Assembly: GCF_018398935.1 (NCBI RefSeq)
Contig: NZ_CP074694.1
Location: 1,560,001 to 1,592,000, forward strand
Direction of reading: 5' to 3'
Length of the DNA stretch: 32,000 bases
Source of the DNA: Telmatocola sphagniphila
GTDB lineage: Bacteria > Planctomycetota > Planctomycetia > Gemmatales > Gemmataceae
Shown: positions 1 through 6,280 of the stretch, piece after piece
Layout: each line of letters opens with the position of its first letter
How positions within the stretch are numbered: the stretch's first letter is position 1
The notes under the pieces: model-generated
The model's input: only the letters and a program-made list of their open reading frames with translations
What the model was told of the DNA's origin: nothing
The model's database searches: none
Translations under genes and position numbers: made by a program

Positions 1-1212
1 TCGTTGCATCAGAGTCCGATTCCCCATCCCCGCATTTTGAAGGGTCCAGACTGCCGCAACATCAAAATCAACTCTTCCATCCAATCGGCTGTACGAATAT
101 GAAACGCGATCGCCTCCTCCGGTGATGGCGCCGTTGCTCAAACCTGCAAAAATAGTGGGGAGCCAGGGGCGTACCTGTTCCTGCCTCAATCTCGTCTTCG
201 TCTCCGCCAACTCGTTGGTGCGAACTTTTATTTCCGGCCGATTAGCCAAGGCACGCGGAATCAGCTCTTCCAATTTGGCTTTTTCGTCCACCAAAGTGAG
301 CGGTATAAGAAGTTGCGTGTCGAGATGTAACGGTTCGGAGGGATCCAAATTGATCAGGCCGGCCAGACGGGCGGAAGCCGCCCCGGCCTCTCCTTTCAAG
401 TCGCGAATTCGCTTGTCGAGGAGTCGCGAATTCACTTCGGCTCTCTGGGCATCTGCCAATCGTCCCTGTCTAGCCTGCGCATAGGAACTCGTGATTCTGA
501 CAATTTCTGAAAGATCGCCTTGGCTCTGAATCAAACTCGCAATCCTGGATTCGTAGCCGAGTAAATCCCAGAAGGCCAAGCTGACTTCCAGCAGCATATT
601 GTTTTGGACCGCTATTGCCTCGGCCGAGCGAGCCGCAAAGGTTTCAGACCGGGCTCTAGGCTCCAGATACATATCTCCCACAGGATAAACGATATGGACT
701 CCGGGAATTCCCACCGTACCGGCACCGATTGCGTAGGCGCCGTTACCCATGTAAAGATTTTGGCGATCGGCATCGTAGATTAAGCCGCTCGATCTTTGAA
801 GCACACCATAATGGAGATCGATGCCCACGCCGGCAGTGAGGTTAGGAAGCAGTTGAGCTTTTGAGGCTTGAAGGTTGGCATAGGCTTCGTTCACGATTTC
901 TCGTGCGATCTGAATCGTGGGATTATCGACTCCTGCCAGTTGAAGCACTCCCGCAAGGTCAATTGTCCGATCTGGATTACTGGTGGCGTTTGCCGGGATT
1001 ACAGAAGAATTACTTCTGGAATCCGGAATCTGTTCTGCCGCACTTACGAGCTGAATCTGGGGTGGTTCCGACGATTTCGCAGGTGTACTGATACTTAGAA
1101 GGGAAGAATTACTCGAAATCTGCTTGGGCTCAAACGTAGCGCAGCCGCTCGTAGCCGCACAAACTACTGCGCAGATTGAAAGCCCGCGTTTGGTCCAACC
1201 AGAAAAACTCAT
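1..1212 (-). CDS. TolC-family outer-membrane channel protein, partial (C-terminus lies beyond base 1)
   Basis: Absent from the ORF track because it has no stop in the window. Reading the minus strand from ATG at 1212 gives 404 uninterrupted codons to base 1 (MSFSGWTKRGLSICAVVCAATSGCATF...), with a signal peptide and a possible lipobox (SGC). It is clearly paralogous to the neighbouring 1277-2884 product: LLPNL, GAGTVGIPG vs GAGTVNIPG, AQARQGRLADAQRAE vs AQVKQGRKADADRAN, DFDVAAVWTLQNAGMGN vs DFDAVAYWTLQNLGVGN. Confidence 0.8.
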   Translation of the reverse strand, partial: MSFSGWTKRGLSICAVVCAATSGCATFEPKQISSNSSLLSISTPAKSSEPPQIQLVSAAEQIPDSRSNSSVIPANATSNPDRTIDLAGVLQLAGVDNPTIQIAREIVNEAYANLQASKAQLLPNLTAGVGIDLHYGVLQRSSGLIYDADRQNLYMGNGAYAIGAGTVGIPGVHIVYPVGDMYLEPRARSETFAARSAEAIAVQNNMLLEVSLAFWDLLGYESRIASLIQSQGDLSEIVRITSSYAQARQGRLADAQRAEVNSRLLDKRIRDLKGEAGAASARLAGLINLDPSEPLHLDTQLLIPLTLVDEKAKLEELIPRALANRPEIKVRTNELAETKTRLRQEQVRPWLPTIFAGLSNGAITGGGDRVSYSYSRLDGRVDFDVAAVWTLQNAGMGNRTLMQR

Positions 1213-1276
1213 CTCTTTCTCACCTGGCCTGCGATAGCTCGAAATTGCAAACAGTGCTCAAGAACTATTCGCAGGA

Positions 1277-2839
1277 CTACGGCTTATTAGGATTGGGAAC
1301 TAGCTCACTGGGTACTGGCCGGGCCAGCCGATCTGCTGGCGGCTGGCCTAGAGCCACGTAGAGCTCGAATTGAGCTCGGTTGTAATCGACGATGGTGTCC
1401 AGATAATCGAGTCGAGCTCTTCCCAGCAGACGCATGCTGTCGATGACTTCAATCGGCAATCCCTCCCGCCCTTTGATTCGAATTAACTCTTCTCGAAATC
1501 CTTCAGCACCCGCCATAACGGCCTTGGCGGTGGTATCCAATGCTCCGTAGCGGGCAGCGGCCCGAGCGTGGGACTCGGCTACCTCCGTGCAAATCCGGTT
1601 AAGGGTCTCGATCTGCCGAAGATTGGCCTGCCGGACGCGGCTTTGATTGATATGTACTTGCGCTACGTTCCCCACGCCAAGGTTTTGCAATGTCCAGTAA
1701 GCCACAGCGTCGAAATCCGATCGGGATTCGAGATTTCCAAATCGGGGACCTACCTGAGGCTTACCGTCGGATCCAATAAATCCCTGCGTAATGAGATTGC
1801 TTCCCCCACCGAAGCCCCCCGCGCTAAATCCGATCAGCACATTTGGAGAAAAGGGTAAAAGTTTCGCATGAGACAAAGCATAGAGAGCTTCCTGGATCTC
1901 GGCGCGGCGAGCTTCCAGTTCAGGGCGCTGAAGGAGGGCGATGGCAATTAACTCCTGAAGCGAAATCGGGTTGGGAACAATCGGTTCCGGAACGACCCAT
2001 CCATCGATCGGTTTTAGTCGGGTTGTAGGATCCAGGCTCAGGAGCTGACATAACCGGGCCGAGGCGATTTTGGCGTCGGCTTCCGTCTGAATGACCGCTG
2101 TTTCACGTCTCTTCAATTCGACATTAGCTCTATCGGCGTCCGCCTTACGACCCTGTTTTACTTGAGCGTAGGCATTTGTCAGTCGCGACAATTCTTTGCC
2201 ATCTTCCAGGTTCTGTTTCGCGATGGCCAGACGGCCTTCGAATCGAAGTAATTCGCAATAGGCTAAACTCACCCGAAGCAGAGTCTCCTGCTCCGAAGAT
2301 TTGGCTAAAGCGATATTTCGAGCGACTATCTGTTTGGATCTCAGATAGTCAAACCAGGCAGTTCCAACGTTCAGATTGTATTGCAAGCCCGGGATGTTAA
2401 CGGTGCCCGCTCCAACCGCTCCGGACCCCAAACCCAGATACAGAGCGTCGCGATTGACGTTCAAAATATTGCCATTGCTTTGCTGCAGTGCACCGCGATG
2501 CAGATCGTAATTAGTGCCCAGATTTAAATTCGGTAGTATTTGCGCCGCCGTGAGTTGCTGTATGGCGGTCGCTTCAGTTATCCTCTCTCGACTGAGAATC
2601 AGCTGAGGGTTCTGAGAGCCCGCGAGTCGTAAAGCCGTCGCGAGGTCTATCGGGAGTTCCCCTGCCGCCAAGTTCGGAAGCGATGTTTTCCCAAGCTGGG
2701 CCGAATCTTGCTTTGAAGTCTGGAGTAATGCGGGTTTGGTAGCCGAACGCGATGGATCTTGGGCGAAACTAGCGGTGGATAAATAGAGTGCCAGGGTAAA
2801 GACCGCAATCCGAAACAAACCATCTGGCGCTGGATTCAT
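1277..2839 (-). CDS. TolC-family outer-membrane efflux/channel protein
   Basis: Track ORF 1277-2884 (TTG start). The ATG at 2839 gives a cleaner signal peptide (MNPAPDGLFRIAVFTLALYLSTASFAQ), so I prefer it. The start is uncertain; the stop at 1277 is firm. The two-repeat OEP-like pattern (LLPNLNLG..., LLPFSPNV..., coiled helical segments) is typical of the TolC/OprM/CzcC family. Confidence 0.85.
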   Translation of the reverse strand: MNPAPDGLFRIAVFTLALYLSTASFAQDPSRSATKPALLQTSKQDSAQLGKTSLPNLAAGELPIDLATALRLAGSQNPQLILSRERITEATAIQQLTAAQILPNLNLGTNYDLHRGALQQSNGNILNVNRDALYLGLGSGAVGAGTVNIPGLQYNLNVGTAWFDYLRSKQIVARNIALAKSSEQETLLRVSLAYCELLRFEGRLAIAKQNLEDGKELSRLTNAYAQVKQGRKADADRANVELKRRETAVIQTEADAKIASARLCQLLSLDPTTRLKPIDGWVVPEPIVPNPISLQELIAIALLQRPELEARRAEIQEALYALSHAKLLPFSPNVLIGFSAGGFGGGSNLITQGFIGSDGKPQVGPRFGNLESRSDFDAVAYWTLQNLGVGNVAQVHINQSRVRQANLRQIETLNRICTEVAESHARAAARYGALDTTAKAVMAGAEGFREELIRIKGREGLPIEVIDSMRLLGRARLDYLDTIVDYNRAQFELYVALGQPPADRLARPVPSELVPNPNKP

Positions 2840-3117
2840 CGGATTTTTCCCTGCAAGAACTTCCAATTCGGCGCTAATCAGCAATTACCTACAATCGAAG
2901 GATTTATCGGACGGCCAGATACGTTAAGATCATTAGATCTTGCCTGATTGGAACGGATGTGAGACTAGGAAGTTTGGAAAGCTTTACGGAAGTCGGGAAT
3001 AACTCGGATTATTTCGCCATTCGGGGAAAAGCGAGAGGAATTGCGTGCTCTCTGCTCGATCTCTGGCTTCTCCATGTCAGCGCAATATACCCCTCCACTA
3101 ACTTCAAATGGAAAAAA

Positions 3118-3513
3118 ATGCCAGTAGTAAATGAAGAGAAACCGGACACCCCAGATCCTCGAGTTCGGATGGCGGCCGAGCGAACTCTGTTAGCATGGAT
3201 TCGAACGGGTGTCGCTATGATGGGCTTTGGGTTTGTGGTCGCTCGATTTGGCTGGTTCCTTCGCGAATTCTCTGCTCGAGAAAATCAACCAATTCCTTCC
3301 ACGCGCTGGTCTTTGATTCTGGGAGTGGGACTGGTGGCACTAGGCGTTTTCGTCAACATTCTGTCTGCCGTCGAACATCGCCGCTTTCTCTTCCGGCACG
3401 ATAAAGGTTTACCTTATCAACCGCCCAGTTGGTCGAGCGGAATCGCGATTTGTATGATTCTCGCGGTTCTGGGGGCAATCATGGTAGTCTATCTGCTCTT
3501 ACTGGAGATTTGA
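3118..3513 (+). CDS. DUF202 (YidH-like) small membrane protein
   Basis: The motif RMAAERTLLAWIRTGVAMMGFGFVVARF followed by two further hydrophobic helices is the DUF202 signature. The track ORF begins at 2959, but its first 53 codons look non-coding. ATG at 3118 (MPVVNEEKPD...) gives the usual ~130 aa size. Confidence 0.8.
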   Translation: MPVVNEEKPDTPDPRVRMAAERTLLAWIRTGVAMMGFGFVVARFGWFLREFSARENQPIPSTRWSLILGVGLVALGVFVNILSAVEHRRFLFRHDKGLPYQPPSWSSGIAICMILAVLGAIMVVYLLLLEI

Positions 3514-3540
3514 AATTCCGGTGGGGATTTTGAGTCTGGT

Positions 3541-4266
3541 TTAAGGCGTTTTCCAAACCATATCCTGGTAGAGATTCGCTATGAGGGCACCACCGATGAG
3601 AATAACCAGAACTCCGGTACCGCCTCCCCACATCAGCCACAAATTTCCCTGTTCCTTGTATATGTATCGCAGCCGCCGACGTTGACTGGCGTGGTGCTTT
3701 TTTCGGCGTGTTCGAGGTCGGCTGCCATTCGCCGGTTTCTCGACTGGAGTGTCGGCCTCGAGTGGCTGTTCGACTTTCGCAATCAATTCCGGAGTTTCAG
3801 AGGAATGGTGAGTGTGATCGTGGCTCTGAAGTTTGTTCTTGATCCGGTAGTATATCATCCAGACCAGAAACGAAGCAGTCAGGTAGATGAAAATGCTACC
3901 CCAGTAAAGTATCCCATTGTATTTCGAGGTGACGCGATATGGCTCGCCAGGCCCATCGTCGTTGGGCATACCCGGCATTATCGCGGATCGAGACATTGGG
4001 TACTGTTCGCCGATAGGGTAGAGCACGAACCGCTGAGTGGTTAACAACAACGCCAGCGCGATTAACCCGACAAAAAAGCAACTGATTTCCAGAATCAGAA
4101 CGGGATTATCAGAAACCTTTTGCACCAAGGACCGGTGCGGGGCGAACATCAGTGTCCCCCCCTGTCCGTATCGTATCCTTGCCTTGCATTTCGGGCACTT
4201 GAACTCCTTCGCTCGACGAGGAGGTCGAAGTCGGGCCTGGCACGATGGACAAAGAACGTTGGACAT
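3541..4266 (-). CDS. Hypothetical membrane protein with N-terminal zinc ribbon
   Basis: The N-terminus CPSCQARL-x9-FKCPKCKARI forms two CxxC pairs (zinc ribbon). Three predicted TM helices follow, plus a His/Arg-rich loop (HDHTHHSSE ... RPRTRRKKHHASQRRRLRY). I recognise no family. Confidence 0.65.
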   Translation of the reverse strand: MSNVLCPSCQARLRPPRRAKEFKCPKCKARIRYGQGGTLMFAPHRSLVQKVSDNPVLILEISCFFVGLIALALLLTTQRFVLYPIGEQYPMSRSAIMPGMPNDDGPGEPYRVTSKYNGILYWGSIFIYLTASFLVWMIYYRIKNKLQSHDHTHHSSETPELIAKVEQPLEADTPVEKPANGSRPRTRRKKHHASQRRRLRYIYKEQGNLWLMWGGGTGVLVILIGGALIANLYQDMVWKTP

Positions 4267-4346
4267 CTAGTAAAAATCTCTGGTTGTACGACTCGCAACT
4301 ATTACCATCGAACGACGGCGAATTTCCACACCTAGCTGAAACGCCA

Positions 4347-4360
4347 TTAAATTATTGTCA
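4347..4360 (-). promoter_or_regulatory. Shared 14-nt upstream motif, copy 1 (plus strand TTAAATTATTGTCA; gene-sense TGACAATAATTTAA, preceded by T to give TTGACA)
   Basis: An identical 14-mer recurs at 8759-8772. Both copies lie in the upstream intergenic regions of minus-strand genes. Neighbouring TGTCAA/TGACAA half-sites occur at 4356-4361, 4367-4372 and 4376-4381. Confidence 0.35.
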
Positions 4361-4378
4361 ATTCTCTGACAACTCTGT

Positions 4379-4392
4379 CAACAAATTTGTTG
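4379..4392. promoter_or_regulatory. Perfect 14-bp palindrome CAACAAATTTGTTG (candidate operator)
   Basis: Read directly from the sequence. It lies 113-126 nt upstream of the zinc-ribbon gene start, immediately next to the TGTCAA half-site cluster. Confidence 0.3.
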
Positions 4393-4502
4393 CTCGATTC
4401 GGGAACAGCAACGTCGAATGGGTTAGAATGCATAACGGATAGTAGCTTTGCCTTTGAGGACTCGTCTCCCTCAGTCATTGCGGGAAACAATCCTTAAAAA
4501 TT

Positions 4503-4526
4503 GCTGAAGATGAAATTCTCTTCAGC
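4503..4526 (-). terminator. Intrinsic-terminator-like hairpin downstream of the glycosyltransferase gene
   Basis: The minus strand reads GCTGAAGA-GAATTTCA-TCTTCAGC (8-bp perfect stem, 8-nt loop) followed by AATTTTTAAGG. It lies 78 nt after the stop at 4604. Confidence 0.45.
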
Positions 4527-4603
4527 CTAATCAGAGACTGAGAGGCCGCTAAACCCTAGACCTTGTGCGACTGATTCAGTTCCGCCGAGAGCGGAATCGG
4601 GTT

Positions 4604-5842
4604 TTAAAGCAGTTCTCTCAATTCCTGATCCCATCTGTTCAGGAGATGATCCTTGGAAAAGTGCGTCTGGTAAATCTGATGACAGTGCCGGTTCATCTGC
4701 AACAATTGCTCAGGACTTGAAGCCAGTCGATTCAGCTGGTCTGCAACCTCCTTGATATTCTCTTTGGAAAGCACCCAGCCCACTTTAAATTCTTCAATCC
4801 ATTTTGCAATCGCTGAGTTCGGGGACCCGCTGAAAAGGACGCTTCTTCCCGTTGCGAGAGCGCCGAAGAATTTGGAGGGAACTACCGTTCCCGTCCATTC
4901 CGGTCGCAAGCTCACCATGTGAATGTCGCAAGATCCGAGTCTTTTTTCGAGCTGCGATTCGGGTGCAAATCCGGCGAAATGAACATTGGAATCGTCCGAT
5001 GTGACCTGGCTCTTCAATTCTTCAATCCGATTGCCCCGGGCCGCAAAATTAAACTGAATGTCGGTATTCGGCTTCAAGTGTCGAGCCAGTTCCAGAAATT
5101 CCGCGCAGGAATGCGCTCGACCATAACTCCCGGAATAAAGGAGCGCTAACTGGGCTTCACCGAAGAGTTCTTTGCGGGTGTTCGGATCGACTGTCACTGG
5201 CTCGTTCGGTTCCACGAGCGCCCAGGGAACCAGGGTTGTAGTTTTTGCCTGCGATTGGTACCTGGAAAGCAGTTGAGCCATGCATGGACCCAGATCGGCA
5301 ATCAGATCGCAGGCTTTATAGGCTTTTTTGAGGCTGCCGCGAACCAGGCGTATGAGACGGGAGTTCTCCTGAAACATCCCTTCCGCAATGGGGGCTTCCG
5401 GGTAGAGATCGAAGCACCAGTGGACGATCTTGCATGAGGGTTTGATCAGCTTCCAAAATCTCGCAACTAACACGCTCAGAACGGGATCTGTCCCGACGAT
5501 CATGACTTCTCGCCTGTGCCGCGAAACATGTCGGGAGGCAATGGACCAGCGCAGGATCATGAAAAAAGCGTTAAGCAATCGACCTTTGCCACTACTCTGC
5601 TTAAAGTTTGGGCGCCAAAGGCGATGGATTTTTACCCCCGCCCATTCTTCCCACTTGGGATAGGTGATCGATTCATCCCTGCAACCCCGGTTGCACGGCT
5701 TGGCAACGACTTCCCATCCCCTTTTAGCTAATCCTTCGCAGAGATCTGAAAAATGCCGGGCACTAACTACATCATCCGGATGAAAGTAGTGATAAAAAAC
5801 GGTGACTTTAGGCGGTAGCGTTACCGGTTCGGATCGGCTCAT
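4604..5842 (-). CDS. GT-B fold glycosyltransferase, WcaI/WbuB-like (GT4-related)
   Basis: 412 aa. The N-terminal VTVFYHYFHPDDVVSARHFSDLCEGLAKRGWEV resembles the acceptor-domain start of WcaI-type enzymes. The C-terminal half has VVPSKFFGALATGRSVLF in place of the EX7E region, as in that subgroup. Confidence 0.8.
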   Translation of the reverse strand: MSRSEPVTLPPKVTVFYHYFHPDDVVSARHFSDLCEGLAKRGWEVVAKPCNRGCRDESITYPKWEEWAGVKIHRLWRPNFKQSSGKGRLLNAFFMILRWSIASRHVSRHRREVMIVGTDPVLSVLVARFWKLIKPSCKIVHWCFDLYPEAPIAEGMFQENSRLIRLVRGSLKKAYKACDLIADLGPCMAQLLSRYQSQAKTTTLVPWALVEPNEPVTVDPNTRKELFGEAQLALLYSGSYGRAHSCAEFLELARHLKPNTDIQFNFAARGNRIEELKSQVTSDDSNVHFAGFAPESQLEKRLGSCDIHMVSLRPEWTGTVVPSKFFGALATGRSVLFSGSPNSAIAKWIEEFKVGWVLSKENIKEVADQLNRLASSPEQLLQMNRHCHQIYQTHFSKDHLLNRWDQELRELL

Positions 5843-6219
5843 GTCAGTCCGTTGCTCTACTTAGTTCGTTTGCCTGAAAGCAAATGACCACCGGTAATGA
5901 TTAGGTTTTTTTCAGAAATCACCTGATCCAACCAATTCTTGGGTAAGCTCAGTCTTCAAGCATATCTTAAAAATTACGTATTAGAACGCATTTTGGTTTC
6001 CCGCTTTTCTCTGTCTTGTTTCGATGTACATAAATTTATGCCAAATATAGGCAGTCGGGAGCAAAACAACCATATTTGGATAGGGTTATTAGATAGAAAA
6101 GTAAGCGTTTATACCTTCGGAATTCTCAAAGCCGCTTAATAGTTGTGCTTCATCCAAATTGATTGCGAAGCTGCCGTCTTTAGAAATGATGTTGTTTTGA
6201 TAGTTAGATCGTTTGGGAT

Positions 6220-6243
6220 GGGGAGGATTCGTCGAACCTCCCC
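6220..6243 (-). terminator. GC-rich hairpin downstream of the tyrosine-kinase gene (possible terminator, no U-tract)
   Basis: GGGGAGG / CCTCCCC 7-bp stem with a 10-nt loop, 38 nt beyond the stop at 6281. No T-run follows on the minus strand, so function is uncertain. Confidence 0.3.
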
Positions 6244-6280
6244 CTTCTCCCACGCTATGCTTTTTGTGCGCCGTCGAGGA

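Noticed and set aside
122-1361. Plus-strand track ORFs (120, 76, 76 and 61 aa) at the left edge
   Set aside because: They overlap the minus-strand TolC-family frame, which is open from 1212 to base 1 and homologous to the neighbouring gene along its whole length.
2926-2941. AAGATC-ATTA-GATCTT inverted repeat in the OMP/DUF202 divergent region
   Set aside because: The arms are only 6 bp, such repeats are expected by chance in a few hundred bp, and there is no second copy or positional support.
2959-3117. N-terminal extensions of track ORFs (2959-3117, 25867-25959, 10571-10609, 12879-12911, 27613-27660)
   Set aside because: In each case an internal ATG opens directly onto a signal peptide or a family-typical N-terminus. 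For 25960 it is also preceded by a good Shine-Dalgarno sequence. The extensions look like read-through of upstream non-coding sequence.
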